Below the pieces are notes generated by a model. It made no database searches and was not told the DNA's origin. It saw only the letters and a list, made by a program, of their open reading frames with translations. Positions 37,118 through 46,156 of a DNA stretch of 64,000 nucleotides are shown here, in pieces. The position numbers and the translations under genes are program-made. This stretch comes from a virus. Location of the stretch: positions 1 to 64,000 of IMG/VR virus record IMGVR_UViG_3300031746_000003. The stretch is one strand, 5' to 3'. Numbering within the stretch: the first letter of the stretch is position 1; every line of letters begins with the position of its first letter.

Positions 37118-39175
37118 ATGGACCTCTTCCTCAGTTCTGAGCAGGTTTTCGAGAAGGTTGCTGGCGAGACTACTCTTCCAGACGACCCGAATGTTTGGCC
37201 ACGGGAAATCCTGCAGGAGCTGTACAAGCAGGTCCCGTACGTAGCTGACTTCCACCCGCATGTGTCTATGGACAAGGTGGACGCGGAGAAGGGCTACGGC
37301 ATGGGGCACATTGAGGTGGCCAACCAGACTGAGATTCAGTCGGGTGCTGACCCCGTGCAGGTAGCTGCAGCTGGTGTGCGCACTGTGCGCATTCCCATCA
37401 TCGTGAAGAACAAGAAGATGAGCCCGCTGGACATCTTGATCACGGACTCCTCCAAGGTAGTTCCGTTGACAGAGTCTAGGCTACGCCAGGCCATCTTCCG
37501 TCCCCAGGCTTTTGATATCACCAGCAAGACACCGGGTGATCAGAGCATGATTGGACAGCTCTACCCGCCTTTCCGACAGAACATGGGTATGGGCGGTGGT
37601 GGCGGTGGTCTTTCTATGAACGCTGGTATGGGCAAAGAAGGCGCCGAGAAGTGCGCTGAGTGCGGTAAGACGGACTGCTCTTGCCCAGCCATGAAGAAGA
37701 AGGCCTCGGTACTCAACGCCATTCTTCCAACCATCAACACCACAGACTACCTTGCGTTTGTTGACGCGCTCAATGACCCATACACGCGTACAGCCTTTGT
37801 AAAGAACGCAGCTTCGACACAAGCAGCGTTGACTACGTTACTTAACCACGACCCAACTAGTGTTAAGCACGCTAGTGTAGGTAGCTTGGTGCACCCAACA
37901 GTCACTCAGATATCGAGAGATGTAGACGGGTACAAGGTCAAGTCAGCTAGCCACCACTACTGGGCTCCTACAGAGGAGATTGTAGATCGCGGAGAAGTCG
38001 TACGTCGTTATGGTACGAAGGTAGCTCTTGCTGCAGATATGTCTGGTGCTGCCACTCTTACCGAGGGTGCCACGGCTATGTCTGAAGAAGCACCTTCTGA
38101 GGAGCCCCGTCCGATAGAGGCTTCTGGTATGTACAAGGTGCGTGACGAGCAGGGTCGCGAGTTGCTTGGTGCTGTCATTACAAACCTGATTGATACTGAT
38201 GGTACTGAGCTCCCACTAGCGCTATTTACTAATGGTTCTCAGTCAGCTGTGCAGGCTGACATCGTGGGTATACCAGCTGGTGGCACACCAGATCTACCTA
38301 GTGACCTACAGGTACACGGTGATGGTGCGTTCTACTCGGTAGAGGACGGGGTACTTAAGGCTACTATCCCGATGACCTTCGGAAGTGGCTACACCTCTAG
38401 CCCTGATGAGCCAGACGTGCATGTAGGTTCCACCTTTGATGGGCGTGAGGTTGAGGTATCTCAGCAGCCGAACATTCAGATGGTTATGGGCACTGAGGAG
38501 GGCAAGATGCTAGTTCCAGCTCACTGGAAGTGGCTGCCATTGACGTCCTCAGAGTCAGTAAAGCTAACCACTACGGAAGGTGACGAAGAGAAGAGTGCAG
38601 CTGCCCGTGTTACCTACGCCTCTGTGGAGGTTCGTTGTGGTGGGCAGGACAGCTTCTCGGTCTCTGGGCCAGCTGTTGAGAAGCTAGCATCAGAAGACAG
38701 GTCATTCCTCAGCTTGGACGACACCATGTTCCTACTCTCTGGGCTTGGTGTAGACCAGGCTTACGGGGTGAAGAAGCTAGCGCAGTCGATGGGTGCTGGT
38801 GCACCAGTGATGGTGCGTATTGGGCGCAGCATCAAGATGGCTAGCGACCGAGATGAGGATGCTCTGGCGGCAGCTGCTGAGAAGCTGGCGTCTATACCTA
38901 GCCTGAAGTGTTACCTCTTCAAGGAGGCAGCCAGCATCCCAGACCCCACTGCGGTAGACACTATTCTTTCTCTGGGTTTCATTAACCCGGAGAACATGAT
39001 GACCTTCATGGGGTACCTCCCGGTCATAGACGACGCTCAGTCCAAGATCTGTGAGCTCCTGCTGGCTTCTCGTCTAGGACTACAGGACGTGCCTACCTCC
39101 GCTCTGGAGAAGGCTGTCCGGTCCACGGAAGAGATACTAGAGGGCCTTAAGATCTTGGCCTTCCAGGGTAACTAG
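37118..39175 (+). CDS. large head-associated protein rich in KxA motifs
   Basis: AGGAG RBS; FEKVAG, VKHAS, VKSAS, EKSAA, EKLAS, IKMAS, FKEAA. Confidence 0.7.
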   Translation: MDLFLSSEQVFEKVAGETTLPDDPNVWPREILQELYKQVPYVADFHPHVSMDKVDAEKGYGMGHIEVANQTEIQSGADPVQVAAAGVRTVRIPIIVKNKKMSPLDILITDSSKVVPLTESRLRQAIFRPQAFDITSKTPGDQSMIGQLYPPFRQNMGMGGGGGGLSMNAGMGKEGAEKCAECGKTDCSCPAMKKKASVLNAILPTINTTDYLAFVDALNDPYTRTAFVKNAASTQAALTTLLNHDPTSVKHASVGSLVHPTVTQISRDVDGYKVKSASHHYWAPTEEIVDRGEVVRRYGTKVALAADMSGAATLTEGATAMSEEAPSEEPRPIEASGMYKVRDEQGRELLGAVITNLIDTDGTELPLALFTNGSQSAVQADIVGIPAGGTPDLPSDLQVHGDGAFYSVEDGVLKATIPMTFGSGYTSSPDEPDVHVGSTFDGREVEVSQQPNIQMVMGTEEGKMLVPAHWKWLPLTSSESVKLTTTEGDEEKSAAARVTYASVEVRCGGQDSFSVSGPAVEKLASEDRSFLSLDDTMFLLSGLGVDQAYGVKKLAQSMGAGAPVMVRIGRSIKMASDRDEDALAAAAEKLASIPSLKCYLFKEAASIPDPTAVDTILSLGFINPENMMTFMGYLPVIDDAQSKICELLLASRLGLQDVPTSALEKAVRSTEEILEGLKILAFQGN

Positions 39176-39209
39176 TAGCTAAGAGAGTTTGCAGTCCTCT
39201 CCCCACGTA

Positions 39210-39380
39210 CTACCAGGAGTTGGTAGTACGCCAGCCACGTGGCTTGCCCCGAGGTGCAGGAGGCTCAGGCCTTTCGACCTGGCACCTCACGTCCACTCGG
39301 ACTGCCACGGGGGGCGGGGGGTAGTCATCCGAGAAAGGTTCTCGGGCGACTATCTCCAAGGAGGTGTGTACCGAGTTCAT
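39210..39380 (-). CDS. small Pro-rich hypothetical protein
   Basis: ATGA overlap with the upstream gene; GC-rich islet. Confidence 0.4.
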   Translation of the reverse strand: MNSVHTSLEIVAREPFSDDYPPPPVAVRVDVRCQVERPEPPAPRGKPRGWRTTNSW

Positions 39381-39820
39381 CGGCACATCTCCTCGGATAC
39401 CCTGAGGTCCTCTTCCGAGAGCAGCCAGCACCCTAGGGCTGCCAGGTCCTCCTGGCGGTCCATCAAGGCAACGTGGTCGTCCTTTCCACCCACGCCCCCG
39501 CCCTCACCCCACAAGGCTTGCCCACCGTAGGGCGCCCCCTCGATGAGCTCGGAGATATCCTTCAGGACTGCATCCGGCAGTCCATGAAGAAGCTCCAAGG
39601 CCTTATCAAAGGCCTCGTCATCGTCGGGGTGGTAGCTACACCCATCCGGACAACCCACAAGGTGATCGGCAGCGAGCTCCACCGCCTGGAGGCGGTGTCC
39701 TTCCGGCTCACCGTAGCCACTAGACGCGAGGAACTCCAACATCGGCCTTGACCTCCAGTAGGCGCAGGACCTGAGCATCGTGACGACAGCCAGGGTCATG
39801 ATAACCCTGACTTTCGTCAT
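39377..39820 (-). CDS. hypothetical early protein
   Basis: AAGGAG before the ATG at 39820; downstream of promoter copy 5. Confidence 0.6.
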   Translation of the reverse strand: MTKVRVIMTLAVVTMLRSCAYWRSRPMLEFLASSGYGEPEGHRLQAVELAADHLVGCPDGCSYHPDDDEAFDKALELLHGLPDAVLKDISELIEGAPYGGQALWGEGGGVGGKDDHVALMDRQEDLAALGCWLLSEEDLRVSEEMCR

Positions 39821-39915
39821 TATGCTGTGGCTCCTTTCCAGTGCTTCGCACTTGGTTATCGTTACGTTGAGGGGCACAAATCCCTCGCCTTGTGCATTGA
39901 TGTTCGGCATCAATA

Positions 39916-39945
39916 CTATTATCCCTAAAAAGACTTGAAAATTGC
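39916..39945 (-). promoter_or_regulatory. phage-specific bipartite promoter, copy 5
   Basis: GCAA TTTTCAAGTCTTTTT AGGG ATAA TAG. Confidence 0.7.
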
Positions 39946-39963
39946 CAGGGTAAGTACCATTCT
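39935..39963 (+). promoter_or_regulatory. sigma70-like promoter overlapping the divergent phage promoter
   Basis: TTGAAA-N17-CATTCT, 8 nt before the ATG at 39972. Confidence 0.45.
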
Positions 39964-39971
39964 CCTAGGCC

Positions 39972-40919
39972 ATGGTCAGGAGAAGTACTGCTGAGTATTA
40001 TCTTAAGTTCCTGGTGGTGCACCCAGATGGGTATCCCAATGGGCAGATAAAAGAGATCTGTAAAGACCTCCAGCTGGACTTTATCGGGGAACCTTACCTT
40101 GAGAGATTAAGGGCTTCGTGTATCCCACCTATCCCTTTTTACCCTTCCGATAAGAACCACCGTAAGTCCCAGAGGTTCCTGCAGAAGGAACAACTGCAGA
40201 CTATCTTCCTGCAAGATGAGCATATGCAGGCAGCTAACAAACTGTTAGCTACCCCCAAGGTCAAAGAGATTGTAGAGACCCTGCTGATAACTGGGTCAAG
40301 TAACTCTTGGATCAGTGCGATCATTAGGAAGAAGGGCTTTCGTACTAGCCCTGCGGCTATCCAGGCGTTCAAGCATTATTACTACAACGTGGATTTGGTG
40401 GATTCTCTTGAGCTTAAAGCACTGACTCACCACAGGGCAGAAGGCTCTTCCACATCAGACCCAGATGAGCAGGCCCTCACCATATCGCTGATGAAGGCGA
40501 ACTACACCGACCCGCGCAGGTCTGCAGCCTACTCACCTATCAGTCCTTTGGCAGGCATCAAGACCATGATGCGCATGGGAATTCTACCGTCTAACACAGA
40601 GCTGGCGAGACTAGCCTCTGCTGCACGTGTGGCTGCCACTATAGGCGTTCTAGAGTCGTCACTTAACGGAGACGCTGAGAAGGGCAGAGATTTCTCTATC
40701 ATCGCAGCCAACATGACTACTATGCTTGAGGCTGTAGAGACCCCCGACAAGGACCTCAAGGAAGGCCTTGCGTCCATGACACTACGTACAGACAGCCGGG
40801 CTATTCCGCACATAGACCAACTTGGTCTAGGTGGTCACACAGTAGAGATGGCTCCAGACGAACAGCGTGAACCAGACTTCTCACCCATGCCTGACGATAT
40901 AGAAGGAGAGGACGAATGA
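39972..40919 (+). CDS. hypothetical protein, possible terminase small subunit
   Basis: Helical HTH-like core, acidic tail, upstream of the large terminase. Confidence 0.45.
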   Translation: MVRRSTAEYYLKFLVVHPDGYPNGQIKEICKDLQLDFIGEPYLERLRASCIPPIPFYPSDKNHRKSQRFLQKEQLQTIFLQDEHMQAANKLLATPKVKEIVETLLITGSSNSWISAIIRKKGFRTSPAAIQAFKHYYYNVDLVDSLELKALTHHRAEGSSTSDPDEQALTISLMKANYTDPRRSAAYSPISPLAGIKTMMRMGILPSNTELARLASAARVAATIGVLESSLNGDAEKGRDFSIIAANMTTMLEAVETPDKDLKEGLASMTLRTDSRAIPHIDQLGLGGHTVEMAPDEQREPDFSPMPDDIEGEDE

Positions 40920-41341
40920 CCGCCAACGAAAACACAGTGTATCTAGGTGAGGTCCCTGCGCAGGACGCAAAAGATCACTTGGATGCCGAGCTATCCTCTG
41001 TCTTTGTGGGTGTGGAAGATGCAGTCCCGAGGTTCACTCAGGTAGACAACTACACTACGTTTAGGGCTGAGTACACTTTCCTGGGGGAGGATATAGTTGT
41101 TCATTTCTTTGCGACGCCAGAGAACAACAGCGTGGACTACTGGTTAAAAACGTTCCCAGCTCTTCTGGACGTTTGCGCACGAGAGTACTTTCAGGCAGAT
41201 CACCCACGGCTAGTAGCCAAGTACACTGAGGAGGTTAAGTCCTGGTGGTTCAAGGCACATGGGTACGCGCACACTCTTGCCCCAGACAAACTTATGCTTG
41301 GGTTCTTCGAGGCACTTGACCGTGACCTGGAAGGCAAGTGA
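40916..41341 (+). CDS. hypothetical protein
   Basis: ATGA coupling and GGAG RBS. Confidence 0.6.
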   Translation: MTANENTVYLGEVPAQDAKDHLDAELSSVFVGVEDAVPRFTQVDNYTTFRAEYTFLGEDIVVHFFATPENNSVDYWLKTFPALLDVCAREYFQADHPRLVAKYTEEVKSWWFKAHGYAHTLAPDKLMLGFFEALDRDLEGK

Positions 41342-41588
41342 ACACCAGGCGTAACGGTTTCTTCTCTAGGCGTACTCCGCCCACAGTCCAGCCGTTATCC
41401 TTTGCACGTTCTCTGATGTACGCGTGGATGGGCTTCTTAGCCTTAGCCGGGAACTCATAGTTCATATACAAGTTCACCTCCACGCAATCGTCATGCATGG
41501 TAACTTCCCCGTGTGTGAAGTGATCTCCAGCCCTCTGCAACGACCACAGTAACTCTTTCCCCCACTCTTCCAGCTGATTGAACGACAT
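41292..41588 (-). CDS. hypothetical protein (98 aa) divergent from terminase
   Basis: MSFNQLEEWG... fills a plus-strand gap that has no ORF in the track. Confidence 0.5.
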   Translation of the reverse strand: MSFNQLEEWGKELLWSLQRAGDHFTHGEVTMHDDCVEVNLYMNYEFPAKAKKPIHAYIRERAKDNGWTVGGVRLEKKPLRLVFTCLPGHGQVPRRTQA

Positions 41589-43350
41589 GGCCGCAGAACC
41601 AGCTCTAGACGTATGGGGAGACGACGATGAGTTGTGGGACCCAGAGCCAGCGTTAGAGGAAGATCCGTTAGTCATAGAGCACGCTGTAAAAGCTTTAACA
41701 GATATACCCAGTGCTATGCCATCTCAGTTTACTGAGTTTGCATTCATGATGCCCACTGAGAGGGATAATAGCCTGGGGTTTGATAGGTTCTCTTTTGATA
41801 AGCGGCCACATCTGAGAAGGATGTACGACACGCCAGCTAAGCGTGTCCTTCTATTCTGTGGTCGGCAGGTTGAGAAGAGCACACTGCTTGGTAACATAGC
41901 CCTCTGTTACACCTGCATGGTGCCGTCGTTCAAGACGCTCTATGTCTCTCCGTCTGCATCACAGACAAAGACGTTCTCTAACGACCGTATCAAGGAGCCT
42001 ATCGAGACCAGCCCGATACTAAAGAAGTTCACTACTACCATGCTCTCTCAGAACATCTTGGAGAAGCAGTTCGTGAACCGCTCTAAGATAACTATGCGGT
42101 ATGCCTTCCTTAATGCTGACCGCGTTCGAGGTATTCCTGCCTGGCTGCTAGAGCTCGATGAGTTTCAAGATATTTTATCTGACAGCATCCCCATCATTGA
42201 GCAGTGTCTTTCTCACGCACCTGAGCGATGGAAGCGCTTTATCTACGCTGGTACCCCTAAGAGCCTAGACAACACGCTGGAGGAGTACCGCTCTAAATTC
42301 TCTACTCAGGGAGAGTGGGTAGTACCCTGCGATAGACACGGTGGTGAGGGCGGTCGATACTGGAACGTGCTGGGTGAGAAGAACATAGGTAAACGCAGCT
42401 TGGTGTGTGAGAAGTGCCACAAGCCAATCAATCCACAGCACCCAGATGCACAGTGGGCCAACATGGTGAAGGAGGCGGCCTTTGAAAGTTACCGCATCCC
42501 TCAGCTCATGGTTCCGTGGAAACCATGGGATGAAATCTACCTAGACTATGAGCGCTACCCTAGGGCTCGTTTCTATAACGAGGTCCTTGGTATCTCGTTT
42601 GATTCAGGTGTACGCCCACTAACACTGGGGCAGGTTCGGGATGTCTGTAATCCTGAAGTGCACATGGCTGATGCTGACAAGTACCGTTCTAGGTCGTACG
42701 CTCAGCCGTTCTTTGCCGGTATTGACTGGGGTACTGGTGAGGGCAGTAGCTATACGGTCATCGTTATCGGCACGTACATAGACATGAAGTTCCGGGTCAT
42801 CTACGCCCATCGGTTTACTGGAGAGGACGTAGACCCGACGCCGCAGCTTGAGAAGATCTGCGAACTCATCGACTTCTTCAACATCAAGATCATAGCTTGT
42901 GATTACGGCATGGGCTTCGGTATGACCGACCCATTGATACGCAAGTACGGTATCCAACGCATCCACAAGTTCCAGTACTTAGGTAAGGCTAAGAAGAAAG
43001 TGGAGTGGGACGGGCGTATCCGTAGGTGGAAGGTTCACCGGACTGAGGTGATGAGCGACATCTTCAGTGCCATCAAGCGGAAGCAGCTCGAGTTCCCTCG
43101 CTTTGAGGACTTCGGTAGTCCTTACGCGGAGGACATGATCAACATCTTCAGCGAGTACAGCGATGGTCAAAAGATGATCTTGTACAAGCACGCTACCGAC
43201 AAACCGGATGACACATTCCATGCGATTGTGTTCATGCTGCTTGGCTCAATGATCCTCAGGCCTCGCCCGGATATCATTGCTCCTATGCGTGAGGACCCAC
43301 GTACCGGGAAGATAATAGACACTTACTCAGGCCCCACAAATCAGGGCTAG
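41587..43350 (+). CDS. terL: terminase large subunit (lambda GpA-like)
   Basis: GRQVEKST Walker A, LDEFQD Walker B, GTPK, CEKC, FYNEVLG, nuclease GIDWG, PDDTFHA. Confidence 0.9.
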   Translation: MAAEPALDVWGDDDELWDPEPALEEDPLVIEHAVKALTDIPSAMPSQFTEFAFMMPTERDNSLGFDRFSFDKRPHLRRMYDTPAKRVLLFCGRQVEKSTLLGNIALCYTCMVPSFKTLYVSPSASQTKTFSNDRIKEPIETSPILKKFTTTMLSQNILEKQFVNRSKITMRYAFLNADRVRGIPAWLLELDEFQDILSDSIPIIEQCLSHAPERWKRFIYAGTPKSLDNTLEEYRSKFSTQGEWVVPCDRHGGEGGRYWNVLGEKNIGKRSLVCEKCHKPINPQHPDAQWANMVKEAAFESYRIPQLMVPWKPWDEIYLDYERYPRARFYNEVLGISFDSGVRPLTLGQVRDVCNPEVHMADADKYRSRSYAQPFFAGIDWGTGEGSSYTVIVIGTYIDMKFRVIYAHRFTGEDVDPTPQLEKICELIDFFNIKIIACDYGMGFGMTDPLIRKYGIQRIHKFQYLGKAKKKVEWDGRIRRWKVHRTEVMSDIFSAIKRKQLEFPRFEDFGSPYAEDMINIFSEYSDGQKMILYKHATDKPDDTFHAIVFMLLGSMILRPRPDIIAPMREDPRTGKIIDTYSGPTNQG

Positions 43351-43352
43351 TG

Positions 43353-43607
43353 CTATTTCTTTCCTGGGTTAAAGTCGGTAGATAGTGTGAAGGCCCTCAG
43401 AGCGTCTGTTGACGCTGGGCGAACTGGAGTTTTCTCCTCCTCAAGCGGGTAGAGTAGCTGCTCCAGTCTGGCCTTCATCATGTAGATAATGGGCCGTTCT
43501 TTAGCTAGAGAGTCCAGCAGTACAAGCGTAACGGTTAGCTCTTTTAGTATCTGAGCTAGCTCACTGCGACGGATCTGTACGTAGTCTGCACTAGGTGGGG
43601 CCATCGC
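43353..43607 (-). CDS. small hypothetical protein
   Basis: Helical ORF convergent on terminase; start uncertain (GTG 43610 or ATG 43604). Confidence 0.45.
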   Translation of the reverse strand, partial: AMAPPSADYVQIRRSELAQILKELTVTLVLLDSLAKERPIIYMMKARLEQLLYPLEEEKTPVRPASTDALRAFTLSTDFNPGKK

Positions 43608-43630
43608 CACCTAGTTTACTACAGGTAAGT

Positions 43631-43689
43631 GAGCTCGCCCAACCGCGCTACAGGAGAGGGGGGTACTGCTACCTCAGTTGAGCGAGCTC
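43631..43689 (-). other. structured intergenic element (13-bp stem) with three CCTGTAG copies nearby
   Basis: GAGCTCGCTCAAC...GTTGGGCGAGCTC, with a G-U pair only on the minus strand. Confidence 0.45.
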
Positions 43690-43707
43690 GACTACAGGAT
43701 AGACGAG

Positions 43708-44418
43708 TTACCCAGGAAACGCCAAAGCAATGATGTCCTCATGGACGTCACCTTTACTAGCTGGGAACAGGCTCTCAGCTAACTTCTGTCCCTTACTGTG
43801 GCGCACATAGAAGTAAGCTACGTTACGTACATTCCTGTGGGCCATCATAAAATAGCTGTTCACTACAAACATCTCAGTGTCATGTAGCTGAATAGTTTGG
43901 TGATTGATCTTGTTGCCCAGATCTAGGAAGACCTTCCACGGCTCAGTACTTTCTGTGTACTGCTCGACTAGCCCTAGGTACTCTTCTGTGACTACATAAA
44001 ACACCCTGGCCCACTCCAGTATCTTAGAGCTGCTAAGGGGGAGCTCGCTCTCTATAAGCTCTTCAGCTTCAGCGTACAGCTGTAGGATAGCGAGTTCTGT
44101 TAGTACCAAGGGCTTGGTGTCCACGCCTAGTACCGTCAGTAGCTTGGACAGTAACTTCTCTGTATTCTGGCTAGACACGTAGGCTTGCTTGGCCATGGTG
44201 GCTACCGCTGCAAGGCTGGTGTCCTTTGACTTGGCCTCAACCAGCGCAGCTACATCGTCTATTTTGTAGAGCCTAGGAGATCTGGATGAGCGCCCAGGCC
44301 TGACGAATGGTAGAATACCTGAGCGGGTGTACCCCCGTACCATACTGACACCTACCCCTAACATCCTCCCAGCCTCCTTGGCGGTCAGTAGGTCAGCTTC
44401 GCTTTCAGGTATAGCCAT
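43708..44418 (-). CDS. MerR/excisionase-type HTH DNA-binding protein
   Basis: LLTAKEAGRMLGVGVSMVRGYTRSGILP...RLYKIDDV. Confidence 0.75.
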   Translation of the reverse strand: MAIPESEADLLTAKEAGRMLGVGVSMVRGYTRSGILPFVRPGRSSRSPRLYKIDDVAALVEAKSKDTSLAAVATMAKQAYVSSQNTEKLLSKLLTVLGVDTKPLVLTELAILQLYAEAEELIESELPLSSSKILEWARVFYVVTEEYLGLVEQYTESTEPWKVFLDLGNKINHQTIQLHDTEMFVVNSYFMMAHRNVRNVAYFYVRHSKGQKLAESLFPASKGDVHEDIIALAFPG

Positions 44419-44442
44419 GATACTTTTTTACTGGAGAGTTCA

Positions 44443-45681
44443 ATGAGCGACCTACCTTCTTCTCTACTTTTACAGCAGTCCCACGCTCGAAGTATCTCTG
44501 GCGAGGACCTAGAGACCTTCGGTCGTCAAGCCGCAGAGAAATATGCATCCGGTACCCCACTAACACAAGCTGTAGTGGAGACGGTGAAGAAAGCTGGGCT
44601 TTCTCCCGAGCAGGTACGGAGAGTAACAGAGTTTGCTAACACAGAGACGTTCCTCCGGGAGTTCAAGAAGGAAGGCTCTGAGCACCGCGTTGTGAACTTC
44701 GACGGTGGCCCAGCAGACTACTCTCGGGTTCTTCAAGATCTAAACGATGGTGGTGGGGGAACCGTATTTGACTACGGTAACTCTGACTACTCACATGAGC
44801 CGTCTAAGAAGGCATCTGTGCGTGATGATTTTGAAGTAAAGCTAGCCTCCATGTTTGAGGTGGGGAGCACGGCTCTACCATATGCTGAGCCTCTTCGAGA
44901 TGCGATGGACTTGAAGGACAAGCTAGCAGCTGCCTATGACGAGATAGCTCATGAGCTATCCACTGGAGAGAACGTATTCGGGGACATCTCGGACTACCTC
45001 TACAACCAGGTTAAGCAGGCAGCTCTTAATGGGGTTAGTCTAGGAGATGTGGTCCAGGTTTGGAGTTTACTATCTCCAGATCCCATCTTCATCAAGACCG
45101 CCTTCCAGATGGTAACCCCACGGCTAGTGAGCGATGGGGTCATGTCTAGGGCTGACCTGAACGACTCTATTGCTAAGACAGCCCACAACGTTACGCCTAA
45201 CCCAGAGCACCCACTGGTAGATGGTTTTCAAGCGTACTGTGAGTCGCTGAATAAACTAGCGGCTCTACGACAGGTACAGGGGGAATTAGAGGCTGGCTTG
45301 GACAGTATCTCTACGTTCCTAAAGGCTGCCGCTGAGGAAGTGGTAGTCAAGGATAACAAGCCTATATCTGAGGTCATTAAGAAGGTTTGGCACGGCTCAA
45401 AAGAGTTATCTGAAAAAGCTGCGCCACATACCGCTGACTTAGCTAGGGCCGCAGTCGGCGGGGTACTAGGTCATGGCGCTGGTGAGACGGCTAGCAAGGT
45501 AGTGGGTGGGATCACTAAGAAAGCGCCGCATATTGCGGCTGCCCTAGCGGCAGAAGCTGCGTACCAAAGAGCTAAGTACAGCCCTACAGTGCAGGGAACT
45601 AAGAACTTCGTCCTATCTAGAGTTCCGTATACGAATCAGAATATGATTCGGCAGTACAACCTACAAAATTCGAATCCCTAA
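44443..45681 (+). CDS. head-associated protein with KxA motifs
   Basis: LSPEQVRRVTEFAN; VKLAS, VKQAA, AKTAH; Gly-zipper C-terminus. Confidence 0.7.
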   Translation: MSDLPSSLLLQQSHARSISGEDLETFGRQAAEKYASGTPLTQAVVETVKKAGLSPEQVRRVTEFANTETFLREFKKEGSEHRVVNFDGGPADYSRVLQDLNDGGGGTVFDYGNSDYSHEPSKKASVRDDFEVKLASMFEVGSTALPYAEPLRDAMDLKDKLAAAYDEIAHELSTGENVFGDISDYLYNQVKQAALNGVSLGDVVQVWSLLSPDPIFIKTAFQMVTPRLVSDGVMSRADLNDSIAKTAHNVTPNPEHPLVDGFQAYCESLNKLAALRQVQGELEAGLDSISTFLKAAAEEVVVKDNKPISEVIKKVWHGSKELSEKAAPHTADLARAAVGGVLGHGAGETASKVVGGITKKAPHIAAALAAEAAYQRAKYSPTVQGTKNFVLSRVPYTNQNMIRQYNLQNSNP

Positions 45682-45682
45682 A

Positions 45683-46156
45683 ATGACTAACAAGCTAGAC
45701 AGCTATATAGACAAGCGAGCGTCCTACAAGGTGACTCCTATGAGTCAGATCCTTAGGCAGGCTGCGCCACACATAGGTGCTCAAGTTGCTGTCGGTGTTG
45801 CAATGATGGGTGTAGGTGCGGCTGCTAGAGCATCCTATCAAGCAATAACGAAGCGCCGTGACTTCCGTACTATGCTGCAGTCGAACCCAGACTTGCAGGA
45901 TCACATGAGCGCAAACCCAGCGCAGTTCAATAGACACTACAACTCTCTTAGGTCTATGAACCCTGACTTTGCTACTGACCCCATAGTGGCAGGTAGCTAC
46001 ATGCGCCAAATGAGCCTTAACCCGCGCACTGCGGGTAACGTCATAGTTGAATCACTGCAGGCCGCTAAGGGGCAGCGTGGTCCTTCACACGTCTCCATGG
46101 GCTGGACTGAGGGTGAGAAGCCGTCTGGGAAGCTCGAAGGTAAGTTCGGCTTCTAA
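45683..46156 (+). CDS. head-associated small protein
   Basis: YIDKRAS leader followed by a hydrophobic segment. Confidence 0.6.
   Translation: MTNKLDSYIDKRASYKVTPMSQILRQAAPHIGAQVAVGVAMMGVGAAARASYQAITKRRDFRTMLQSNPDLQDHMSANPAQFNRHYNSLRSMNPDFATDPIVAGSYMRQMSLNPRTAGNVIVESLQAAKGQRGPSHVSMGWTEGEKPSGKLEGKFGF

Noticed and set aside
7077-43350. Introns or inteins in the polymerase, helicases, RNAP or terminase
   Set aside because: Motifs are contiguous, with no intein C...HN boundaries or homing endonuclease motifs seen
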